The notes below the pieces were generated by a model. That model had not been told where the DNA came from. It saw only the letters and a list, made by a program, of their open reading frames with translations, and did not search any database. From an uncultured Clostridia bacterium (GTDB lineage Bacteria; Bacillota; Clostridia; Christensenellales; CAG-1252), in the NCBI GenBank assembly GCA_946625545.1, contig CAMOTC010000001.1, forward strand, positions 1 through 46,602: DNA of 46,602 nt, read 5' to 3'. Positions 30,001-38,576 of this stretch are shown one piece after another. Both the position numbers and the translations under genes were made by a program. The first letter of the stretch is position 1; the number at the start of each line of letters is the position of its first letter.

Positions 30001-30085
30001 AATACTTTTTTTTCGATCTGTCTTGCGTTTTCACCTTCATTGATGATTTTTGACGAAAATATTTGTAAATACCGCGAATAAGGAT

Positions 30086-30114
30086 AAAAAGAGAGACCCG
30101 ATCGCGGGTCTCTC
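30086..30114 (-). terminator. Rho-independent terminator that ends the glycan-utilisation operon
   Basis: Minus-strand GAGAGACCC-gcgauc-GGGUCUCUC followed by UUUUU (30090-30086). Confidence 0.85.
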
Positions 30115-30126
30115 GATGTATCAGGG

Positions 30127-31752
30127 TCAGTCGGCGAGTTTGCACCGATAGATCTTGAGCTTGGGCTCGGTGCCCGAGGGGCGCACTACCATCGTACTGC
30201 CGTCTCTAAAGAAGAACTTCAGCACGTTGGACTTCGGCAATCCGTCGATCCCGAGGGAGTAGTCCTTCTTGGAGAGGATCTCCTTGCCATCGACCTCCTT
30301 CGCCACGCGATAGTCGTCCATGATCTTCTGCATCTTTACGAAGCCTTCTGCGCCCTCGAACTGGAAACTCTCGAGGGTAGAGACGTAATGACCATAGGTG
30401 GCGTAGATCTCCGCGAGCTTGTCAAGGAGCGACACGCCGATCGCGCGGTAATATGCAAACATCTCGGCGATCATAAATACGCCGTCCACGGCGTCCTTAT
30501 CACGCACATACGAGCCGGTCAAGTAGCCATAGCTCTCCTCAAACCCGAGGATATAGGAATCCTCCGCACCCTTCTTTTCCAAGAGACCGATCTGTTCACC
30601 GATATATTTAAATCCCGTGAGCACGTTGACGGTCTTGATACCGTAATGATCGGCGATCTTTTCTGCGAGATCGCTGGTCACGATGGTCTTTACAAAGACC
30701 GGATCCTTGGGCATCGTGCCGTTCTTGATACGCATTGACGCGATAAAGTCAAGGAGAAGGAAGCCTACCTCGTTACCCGTCAAGAGGGTAAAGTCGCCCT
30801 TCTCATTCCTAACCGCGATACCTACCCTGTCACAGTCGGGATCGGTAGCGATCAAGATGTCGGCGGAGTACTTCTTTGCGTACTCCAAGCCAAGGGCGAG
30901 CGCCTCCTTGATCTCGGGATTGGGATAGGGACAAGTCGGGAAATGTCCGTCGGGCATCTCCTGCTCTTTAACGATGGTCACGTTTTCAAATCCCGCTTCC
31001 TTCAAAATGCGGGTAACAGGCACGAGACCCGTGCCGTTCAGCGGCGAATAGATGATATTCGCAGAGCGATCGGCGGGAGCGTCTCCAAGGACTGACTCTT
31101 TCTTTACTCTCTCGATAAACTCGGTCAGGACTTCGTCCTTGATATATTCGACCTTGCCCGAACGGAGCGCCGCCTCAAAGTCCATCACTTTGACGCCGTC
31201 AAAGACATCCGTCGCCTCGATCAAGGAGAGGATCTCTGACGCCGCGGCCTCGGTGATCTGACAGCCGTCTGCGCCGTAGACCTTATATCCGTTGTACTTC
31301 GCAGGATTATGCGAAGCGGTCACCATAACGCCTGCGGCAGTCCCTAAACGGCGAACCGCATAGGACAAGCAAGGAGTCGGCATCAAGGTCTTATATAGAT
31401 ATACCTTGATCCCATTCGCCGCAAAGATCGCCGCCGCGCGCTCAGCAAAGAGGCGGGAGTTGATCCTCGAGTCACAGCTGATCGCCACACTGCGATCCCC
31501 TTCTTTATAGTGCTTTATAACGTAGTCCGCCAAGCCCTGGGTCGCCTTGCCGACGGTATAGACGTTCATCCTATTCGTCCCCGCGCCGAGCACGCCGCGC
31601 AATCCGCCCGTGCCGAACTCGAGATCGCGATAGAAAGCGTCGGAGACCTTGTCCTCGTCCGCCGCGATCGCAGTAAGCTCCTTGACGAGCTCATCTTCAA
31701 CAACTTTACTCTTCCAAATGTCAAATAATGCTTTTACGTCTCTCATAGTCAT
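30127..31752 (-). CDS. Alpha-D-phosphohexomutase (phosphoglucomutase/phosphomannomutase)
   Basis: Active-site loop TASHNPAKYNGYK with the four-domain pattern. The start may be the third codon (ATG at 31746), which is better spaced from the GGAAAAGG SD. Confidence 0.88.
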   Translation of the reverse strand: MTMRDVKALFDIWKSKVVEDELVKELTAIAADEDKVSDAFYRDLEFGTGGLRGVLGAGTNRMNVYTVGKATQGLADYVIKHYKEGDRSVAISCDSRINSRLFAERAAAIFAANGIKVYLYKTLMPTPCLSYAVRRLGTAAGVMVTASHNPAKYNGYKVYGADGCQITEAAASEILSLIEATDVFDGVKVMDFEAALRSGKVEYIKDEVLTEFIERVKKESVLGDAPADRSANIIYSPLNGTGLVPVTRILKEAGFENVTIVKEQEMPDGHFPTCPYPNPEIKEALALGLEYAKKYSADILIATDPDCDRVGIAVRNEKGDFTLLTGNEVGFLLLDFIASMRIKNGTMPKDPVFVKTIVTSDLAEKIADHYGIKTVNVLTGFKYIGEQIGLLEKKGAEDSYILGFEESYGYLTGSYVRDKDAVDGVFMIAEMFAYYRAIGVSLLDKLAEIYATYGHYVSTLESFQFEGAEGFVKMQKIMDDYRVAKEVDGKEILSKKDYSLGIDGLPKSNVLKFFFRDGSTMVVRPSGTEPKLKIYRCKLAD

Positions 31753-31761
31753 CCTTTTCCG

Positions 31762-33678
31762 TTATTTTTTTATTAAAACAAAACTGTCCTTATTAAAAAC
31801 GAGCTTGAATACAGGCATCTTATACACCGAGAAAGCCGCGGGAAGGACTGCAGTCACGTAGTTTTCAAACCCGCTGACCGCACAGAAGACGGCGTTCTTA
31901 TCGCCGATCTTGTCCTCATCGTACGCCTTCGCTTTGACGGCGTTGTCCGCAGGAACGTACTCGACCTTATTCTTCTTAGCATACTTCTTGTCGTAAACGA
32001 AGCCGATCTTGTCCGAAATGAGCTTCATCGTGTATGCGCCGTCCTCTACGCCGAGATCGTCATAGACGAGCTTATTCTTGCCCACCTTGATCACCGTCTT
32101 GCCCTTCTCCGTCTTCACGACGCAGTCGGCGGTATTATCAGAGATCTTTTCGCGAGAATTGAGTCTGAGACCTACCGCGCTATTGAAGGTGATCTCCTTA
32201 AAGGGGACGTAGAGATCGATCTCCTCGCCCGCGGTCGGAATGACCTCGGGAGCGCCCTTGTCCGAGCCTTCGTCCAGCGCCGCCTTCTTCTCGAAGTAAG
32301 AGGTCTTGATACGGAATACGAAGTAGCCGTCCTTCGCGTCGCTATTCACGTAAAAAGCGATGCAGTCATTCCCCTGCACGGTAAAATCGACTTTTGCCTT
32401 GATATGGATGCAATCGGGAGTGGGGTCGAGACGAACCTCCGTCGCGGGGATGCGGATCTCCGAGACGTCGCGGAGAGTGAAGTCAAAGAACTTCTCGCGA
32501 ATGCTCTCGGGAAGATCAAAGCGGGTGCCGTTGAGCACGAGCTCGTTATTCTCGATGGTGCAAGGCACGCGATTGACGTCGGGCACGCCCATGATAGACT
32601 GCTGCGTCACAACGTCGAAGAGGTGCGCCTTGTCCATATCGAAGGCGAGATAGAGCTCCTTCCCTTCCACGATGTCGTAGTCGGTCGGGATCTTGACGAT
32701 GACATTCTTCTCAAGACCGCTGACAGAGGCGTAGATGATGGTCTCGCTGCCGAGATGCTCTACGACGTCCACCGTCGCCTTGATGCCGGACGCTGCGAGC
32801 TTGATATTCTCGGGACGGATACCGAAGAGAACCTTCTGACCGATATACTGCTTGTCCGAGAGCTGTTTCGCCTTGGTCTTGGAGAACTTCGCAGTATGAT
32901 TCTCGCCAAAGGAGATGCCGAGCGATCCGATCTCGAGGAGATTTGCCTCATAGATATTCATTTGCGGAGAACCGAGGAAGGTCGCGACAAATACGTTTCT
33001 CGGCTGTTCGTAGAGGGTCGCGGGAGAATCAACCTGCTGGATGAATCCGTCCTTCATAACGACGATACGGTCACCCATCGTCATCGCCTCGGTCTGATCG
33101 TGCGTGACGTAGATAAAGGTGGTCGCAAGTCTCTTATGCAGTTTGGTGATCTCCGCTCTCATCTGGACGCGGAGCTTGGCGTCGAGGTTGGAGAGAGGCT
33201 CGTCGAGAAGGAAGACGTTAGGCTCACGAACGATCGCACGTCCGAGCGCGACTCTCTGTCTCTGACCGCCCGAGAGCGCCTTGGGCTTTCTCGCGAGGAG
33301 GTCGGTGATGCCGAGGATCTGAGCGGCATTATTCACCCTCTTTTCGATCTCCTTGGAATTGACCTTGCGGAGCTTTAGTCCGAATGCCATATTCTGAAAG
33401 ACCGTCATATGGGGATAGAGCGCATAGTTTTGGAAAACCATCGCGATATTCCTATCCTTGGGCTCGACGTCGTTCATCTTGGATCCGCCGATATAGAGAC
33501 TACCCGCGGTGATCTCCTCCAGTCCTGCGATCATACGAAGCGTCGTACTCTTGCCGCAACCGGACGGACCGACGAAAACCACAAACTCTTTATCTGCGAT
33601 CTTGAGGTTAAAGTCGGAGACTGCGCGCACGCCGCCCTCATAAACCTTATAGATGTTTTCGAGTAATAAATCAGCCAT
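31762..33678 (-). CDS. MalK/MsmK/UgpC-type sugar ABC transporter ATPase with a ~276-aa additional C-terminal region
   Basis: Residues 1-~362 form a complete MalK-like unit: GPSGCGKST, LSGGQRQRVALGRA, LLDEPLSNLD, then a TOBE-like regulatory domain ending ...AHLFD. Residues ~363-638 are extra. Confidence 0.88.
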   Translation of the reverse strand: MADLLLENIYKVYEGGVRAVSDFNLKIADKEFVVFVGPSGCGKSTTLRMIAGLEEITAGSLYIGGSKMNDVEPKDRNIAMVFQNYALYPHMTVFQNMAFGLKLRKVNSKEIEKRVNNAAQILGITDLLARKPKALSGGQRQRVALGRAIVREPNVFLLDEPLSNLDAKLRVQMRAEITKLHKRLATTFIYVTHDQTEAMTMGDRIVVMKDGFIQQVDSPATLYEQPRNVFVATFLGSPQMNIYEANLLEIGSLGISFGENHTAKFSKTKAKQLSDKQYIGQKVLFGIRPENIKLAASGIKATVDVVEHLGSETIIYASVSGLEKNVIVKIPTDYDIVEGKELYLAFDMDKAHLFDVVTQQSIMGVPDVNRVPCTIENNELVLNGTRFDLPESIREKFFDFTLRDVSEIRIPATEVRLDPTPDCIHIKAKVDFTVQGNDCIAFYVNSDAKDGYFVFRIKTSYFEKKAALDEGSDKGAPEVIPTAGEEIDLYVPFKEITFNSAVGLRLNSREKISDNTADCVVKTEKGKTVIKVGKNKLVYDDLGVEDGAYTMKLISDKIGFVYDKKYAKKNKVEYVPADNAVKAKAYDEDKIGDKNAVFCAVSGFENYVTAVLPAAFSVYKMPVFKLVFNKDSFVLIKK

Positions 33679-34540
33679 TGTCCTTATTCTCCTTTTCGTC
33701 TATCGACTCCTCTCGAGCCGCTAAACCTTTATTTATATAGTCGGTATAGTACACCGAATTTATATACTTATCAAACAGCGAGTGACTGAATAAGGTCACC
33801 GCCAGCACAGTAAAACCGTCCCCCCATAGCGCAAAGACCGCCGCGATCCCGAGGAGAGCCCAAGTGGATAGAAGGGTCAATCCGAAAGGCAGAGCCATCG
33901 TGATCGCAAAGTAGATCAACGTCAGCGGGAAGTGCATGATCGCGAAAGAAAAGCCGTTTTTCAGCGCTCCGCTGAAAGGGAGCTCGTAATAGTTATCCAC
34001 CGCGAGGAAATACTCCACCGCACCGTACACGATCATAAAGATCAAGGTGGTCGCACCGATCCCAAGTCCCTTGATCCAGGTATTTGAGTTAAAGGCGATC
34101 ACGTAGATGGACGCCGTCTGCCAGGCAAAGACGACGAGCCCGACGATACACCCTGCGAGAAAGCCGCGTAGCCAGCCTTTCTTTATCCCGCCGAAGAACA
34201 GCGGTCCGATATAGCCCGCCTCGTTGTGCGCCCTCTTCTTCATCACACCGAACGCCGCATAGCGCGCAATATAACGCAAGCCGAAGAGCGGGATCTCGAT
34301 GAGACCTAAGAAGAAGCAGATCGAGAAGATCAAGGAGGCGTCGGGGTTATTTGCGAAGCTGATCATCAAGATCTCCAAGACGAAGCCTGCGGCGAGAGGG
34401 AGAGAGAAAAGGAACAGCAATAAGCTGACCTCTGCAAGAAGGTAAAAGTCGTCCTTGACTACCGTCTTCAGGAGCTCCTTTCTCGTCTTGGGAAGAGCCG
34501 CGTCGTCTTCCTTTGCTTTCAATCCCTTGTACTTAAACAT
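33671..34540 (-). CDS. Polytopic membrane protein of unknown function (possibly DUF624/YesL-like)
   Basis: 289 aa with about 6 hydrophobic helices. An 8-nt overlap with the downstream ATPase gene. The family call is tentative. Confidence 0.6.
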   Translation of the reverse strand: MFKYKGLKAKEDDAALPKTRKELLKTVVKDDFYLLAEVSLLLFLFSLPLAAGFVLEILMISFANNPDASLIFSICFFLGLIEIPLFGLRYIARYAAFGVMKKRAHNEAGYIGPLFFGGIKKGWLRGFLAGCIVGLVVFAWQTASIYVIAFNSNTWIKGLGIGATTLIFMIVYGAVEYFLAVDNYYELPFSGALKNGFSFAIMHFPLTLIYFAITMALPFGLTLLSTWALLGIAAVFALWGDGFTVLAVTLFSHSLFDKYINSVYYTDYINKGLAAREESIDEKENKDNG

Positions 34541-34541
34541 C

Positions 34542-35087
34542 TCATCCTACCAGCCATTCGATCAAGGTGAAAGAATGGTTCGTCACCTGCCCCGAATTCA
34601 TCGAAGCGGCGACAGCGAATACAATGTATTCGTCATATTCAAACGTAAAGTAAGCGCTGAGCGCCTGCTTTCTCTCCGAGGACAGATACACGCCGTACTG
34701 TACCCCGTTTCTGTTATACGCCTCTCCTTCGATCCCTACGATCGGCTCAAAGGCGCGTTCGCAATCCGTCTCATCAGCGATCTCTTTCGGCACGATCACG
34801 ACGTCCGAAGCAGTCAACGCGACGAGGGAGTACTTCTCGTCAAAGGCATTTCCCGTCCGGGGATAGGCAGAGGAGATACTCACGAGTTTCACGCCCACAG
34901 CCTCGGCGGCGATATCCTCTACTTCGTAATCGTTTACTACGCCCGCGTAGAAGACCTCGAGTTTCTCCGTCTCTTTGGGAGCGTGATACAGTCCGAAGAC
35001 CCATAACCACAGAAAGACGGAGAGCACGATGACGACGAGATACTTGATCCAGTCGGAAGGCAGAGAATCAAGAAATCTCTTTTTCAT
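34542..35087 (-). CDS. Hypothetical membrane-anchored protein
   Basis: One N-terminal TM (WIKYLVVIVLSVFLWLWVFGL) followed by a soluble domain of ~140 aa. I prefer the start at 35087 (MKKRF) because GGGAGA lies 5 nt upstream. The ORF track starts at 35114. Confidence 0.6.
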   Translation of the reverse strand: MKKRFLDSLPSDWIKYLVVIVLSVFLWLWVFGLYHAPKETEKLEVFYAGVVNDYEVEDIAAEAVGVKLVSISSAYPRTGNAFDEKYSLVALTASDVVIVPKEIADETDCERAFEPIVGIEGEAYNRNGVQYGVYLSSERKQALSAYFTFEYDEYIVFAVAASMNSGQVTNHSFTLIEWLVG

Positions 35088-35559
35088 CTCTTTCTCCCAT
35101 CTCTGCGAGCTCATATAAGACGCCCGCTCTGATCTCGACGATATATTTCACCCCTTCCTTCAAGGAGATATCCCCTTGATAATGGTGCACGTCCCTCTCG
35201 CCGTCAGGCAGGAGGAAGCGGAAGGTCCTCATCTCGATCCCCTCATAGGTCAAACTGTCCAGCTCTTTTATAAAGACTCCGTACTCACGCTCAGGGAGCG
35301 CGGAGAGCACCTTATCGAGCAAGCGGTCTGTCTTCTTTGCGAAGTCGTACTGCACCGAAAAGAAGAAAACCGAGTAGCAACCGAATGCGATCGTGAGTAC
35401 GATCGTCACCGCCATATAAGGCTGATACCTATCGGGAGAGAGAAACAGGAGAAGGAGTGCGGCGATGACGAAGAGGGACGCTATCGCGATATAGATCGTG
35501 AGGAGTCTCTTTTTTCGCCCTTCCGCGGCAACTCTGTCCTCTTCCCGAATGAAGATCAT
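35068..35559 (-). CDS. Hypothetical two-TM membrane protein
   Basis: 163 aa. Two TM helices, then a beta-rich C-terminal domain of ~85 aa. ATGA overlap with the upstream esterase gene. Confidence 0.6.
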   Translation of the reverse strand: MIFIREEDRVAAEGRKKRLLTIYIAIASLFVIAALLLLFLSPDRYQPYMAVTIVLTIAFGCYSVFFFSVQYDFAKKTDRLLDKVLSALPEREYGVFIKELDSLTYEGIEMRTFRFLLPDGERDVHHYQGDISLKEGVKYIVEIRAGVLYELAEMGERDEKEIS

Positions 35560-36158
35560 AGAGTGTCCAAGACCTTCTTTACTCTCGCACCGAGGATCTT
35601 ATACCCCTCGGGTCCGAAGTGCAGTTTATCGTCGAGATAGTGCGAGAAGATATACTCGCCCTTCTCATCCTTGCAGATATCCGCAGTCTCGATATAGGTC
35701 AGATAAGGGAGCTTCCCCGCCTGCTCTTTCTCCCAAGCGTTCAGCTCTTTGACAAAGTCCTTATACTCGTCGCGGGCAAAGCTGGTCTTGGTGGCAATGG
35801 TGACGATCTTTACCCCGGGAAAATCCTCGAGGAATCTCTCCCACGTCGCGAGGAAAAGCTCCTTGGTCTCTTCGACGGTATAGGAGCAAACGGGCTCGTT
35901 ATCGCCGTAGTACCAAAGGACGACCTTGGGAGCGAAGGGCTTCGCTACTCTCTCGTAGTGGAAAAGCGCCTCGTCCGACGTCGATCCGCCGAAACCCGCA
36001 TTGATGGCTTTATACGCCTTAAATTCCTCTTCTATGCTCTTCCAGATACCGAAGGTACTGCTACCGTAAAAGAGAACGTCGCATTCTCTCCCTTGTTTAG
36101 CTATGATCGCCTGCAGTTCAGGCTCGTAGCGATACATGTCAATCTTATGCTCAACCAT
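35556..36158 (-). CDS. SGNH/GDSL-family hydrolase (putative cytoplasmic carbohydrate acetylesterase)
   Basis: 200 aa with no signal peptide. Block I is YGSSTF, block II is GFGGSTS, and block V is DDKLHF (DxxH). Confidence 0.75.
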   Translation of the reverse strand: MVEHKIDMYRYEPELQAIIAKQGRECDVLFYGSSTFGIWKSIEEEFKAYKAINAGFGGSTSDEALFHYERVAKPFAPKVVLWYYGDNEPVCSYTVEETKELFLATWERFLEDFPGVKIVTIATKTSFARDEYKDFVKELNAWEKEQAGKLPYLTYIETADICKDEKGEYIFSHYLDDKLHFGPEGYKILGARVKKVLDTL

Positions 36159-37548
36159 TGTAGATCTCCTTTTCTTTCGCGATAAACGACGACTTTACGA
36201 CGGCGCCCCACAACTCATATCCCGCGAGAGACATATGCAGGAGGTCGGTCTTGAAATATGCCTGCGAGTATTCACCCGACTTCTTCTCGAGGACGACGCC
36301 TGCGTCGATGATGTTCATATAATCTTTACCCTCGCCTGCGGCAAACTCGATGATCGCTTCATTTGCAAAGTCGATCGCCTGTTTTCTGGTTTCCGCAGAG
36401 CCTGAGCGAACCTTTGAATCATTATAATATCCGGGCACTTTATTGATCAGGATATAATGGATCATCGTATCGGGGAGACAGTCGTGGATATGACGGAAAA
36501 GTCCCTTGAGATTATCCGCCGTGACCTGTCCACTCTGACTATAGTTGATGATATCATTGATACCGACGTAGAGGATGACCGCTCTCGGATTAAAGGGAAT
36601 GATCAAGCGATCGGCGAGGGTATCGCGCCAATAAGCCGCGGAGGAGCCGCCGATACCCACGTTCTTTGTCCTCGCGGGTGCCATATACTCCGACGACGCG
36701 CTCCAATTCTCCATCGAACTGGAACCGCCCATAATGACCTCGTAAGAGCCGTAATAGTCAAAGTCGGAGGAGGAATTGCCGGGTTGGGCGGGATCCTCAT
36801 ATCTCTTCGCCTTGATCTCAAAGGTGCTCTCGTCGATACTCTCCTTCTTTGTGGAAGGATCATCCGTGATCTCCAAGCTCGCAGATACGTCATTTACCGT
36901 GACGTTGACCGCTGTCGTCGCCCCACCTGACGTGTAGGACACGGAGACAACGCCCGCCGCATAGGTCGCGGAGTTGATCGTCGTCGAAGAAGCGCGCGTA
37001 TAGGTCAAATATTCCCTGACGTCAGAGGATTTATGGGTCAGTCTATTGATACCGACGGTCGTGAGGTTTACGTTGCCTGCGGAGACAGGCTGATTGCATA
37101 CGGCTGTCAGGTTGAAGGGAGTATTATCGTCGATCTTCTCCACGAAGGTGAGTCGAGTTTCGCTATAAGACTCCTCGTTTGCCACCGCTTCCGCCGAACG
37201 TTCCCACGCCGCATAAAGATTCAAACTGCCGCTGAGCGGTGTGGAAAAGTCGAAAAGATCCGTTCCCTCTTTATCCGTCGCCCATCCCTTGAAGACGTAT
37301 CCCGGTCTCACGGGATCGTTGGGCGGGGTCAAGACCTGCCCCGTCTTTACCGACTCGGAATGATAAACCGTATTTTCGGCGATGACCTCTCTCCCCGACG
37401 TTAAAGTCATCGACTCTCCTTCGACATTGGTCATATATCTGACCATAGCGTCGATCGGCGTGTACTGATATGGATCAGAACAGGCAGAGAGCGCGATGAC
37501 GGTGACGATAGAGATCACCAAAATGAGTGCTATGGTTATTTTCTTCAT
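36151..37548 (-). CDS. Lipoprotein with a Listeria-Bacteroides-repeat-like domain and a C-terminal SGNH esterase domain
   Basis: Lipobox ALSAC. YVFKGWATDKEGTDLFDFSTPLSGSLNLYAAW resembles the Flg_new/InlB B-repeat. The C-terminus has GGSSS, VGIGGSSAAYW and DLLHMS SGNH blocks. Confidence 0.72.
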   Translation of the reverse strand: MKKITIALILVISIVTVIALSACSDPYQYTPIDAMVRYMTNVEGESMTLTSGREVIAENTVYHSESVKTGQVLTPPNDPVRPGYVFKGWATDKEGTDLFDFSTPLSGSLNLYAAWERSAEAVANEESYSETRLTFVEKIDDNTPFNLTAVCNQPVSAGNVNLTTVGINRLTHKSSDVREYLTYTRASSTTINSATYAAGVVSVSYTSGGATTAVNVTVNDVSASLEITDDPSTKKESIDESTFEIKAKRYEDPAQPGNSSSDFDYYGSYEVIMGGSSSMENWSASSEYMAPARTKNVGIGGSSAAYWRDTLADRLIIPFNPRAVILYVGINDIINYSQSGQVTADNLKGLFRHIHDCLPDTMIHYILINKVPGYYNDSKVRSGSAETRKQAIDFANEAIIEFAAGEGKDYMNIIDAGVVLEKKSGEYSQAYFKTDLLHMSLAGYELWGAVVKSSFIAKEKEIYNG

Positions 37549-38555
37549 AGTTTACCCTCTTTATAGACTTGATCGCAAAACTCCTCGAAAGGAGCGGTCG
37601 CGACGCAGACGAACTTATCCGCCGCGCCGTAATACACGTACATAGTCCCATCCTTCACCACGATCCCCGTCGGGAAAACGCAGCCATTATAGTAGCCTGC
37701 GGTCTCGTAGGGATATTCGGGCTCCATAACGAAGTCCTTGGTGCGGGCGAGCACCTTGGTCGGATCCTTCTCGTCGAGGATCACCGCACCCACGCGATAG
37801 GCGCCGTCCTTTTTCGCGACACCGTGATAGAGCATCATCCAACCGTACTTACACTTGACGGGAGGGGTGGAGCCGCCGATCTTTGCGCTCTCCCACCATT
37901 CCTTACCCTGCATGAGGAGAGTGGGCTTGTCCCATTCCATCAGGTCGTTTGAGAAAGCGATCCAGATCGCAGGATTTGCGTTCTCGTAGCCTTCGCCGCA
38001 CCACTCCATCGGGCGAGAGATACGCACGTATCTACCCTCCACCTTCTCGGGAAAGATATATACGTCGCGATCATCATAGCGGCTGTCGGTGATACGTCCG
38101 AGTCTCTTCCAGTTCACGAGGTCGGTGCTGACCGCGAGGCTGGTAAAACTGCCGTTTGTCAGGAGCATCGTGGGACCCTCCTGCGGCTTAAAGCCGAAGT
38201 ACTCGCAGTCGTCACGCCAGTACTGTCCGGGCGCGAAGGTGCGCGATGCGTAGGTCAAGTAGTAGTAGTCCCCCATCTTTACGAGACGGGGATCTTCACA
38301 CCCGCCGTCGGGGCCTGTGGGATCGGGAGAAAGCACGGGTTTATCCGATACGCGCTCGAAGTGAAAGCCGTCCTTGCTGACCGCGAGTCCGAGATGGATA
38401 TAGTGTGTCAGATCGTTGCCTGCCGCACGATAGAGCATCTTGAACTCACCGTCCTTCTCGTCGTAGATCGCGGCGGGATTCAGCACGCAGAGTCCCTCCC
38501 AGGAGTCGCCTTTCGCAGTTAAAATAGGGTTTTTGTCGTATTTATTCAGTTTCAT
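37545..38555 (-). CDS. GH130-family beta-mannoside phosphorylase/hydrolase (short form)
   Basis: 336 aa. Has NPILT...VLNPAA...YRA...LGLAVSKDGFHFER...EDPRL...YYYLTY and a C-terminal YYGAADKFVCVA, a five-bladed beta-propeller GH130 pattern. Confidence 0.8.
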   Translation of the reverse strand: MKLNKYDKNPILTAKGDSWEGLCVLNPAAIYDEKDGEFKMLYRAAGNDLTHYIHLGLAVSKDGFHFERVSDKPVLSPDPTGPDGGCEDPRLVKMGDYYYLTYASRTFAPGQYWRDDCEYFGFKPQEGPTMLLTNGSFTSLAVSTDLVNWKRLGRITDSRYDDRDVYIFPEKVEGRYVRISRPMEWCGEGYENANPAIWIAFSNDLMEWDKPTLLMQGKEWWESAKIGGSTPPVKCKYGWMMLYHGVAKKDGAYRVGAVILDEKDPTKVLARTKDFVMEPEYPYETAGYYNGCVFPTGIVVKDGTMYVYYGAADKFVCVATAPFEEFCDQVYKEGKL

Positions 38556-38576
38556 AGTTTTGTCCGCCTTTGGTGT

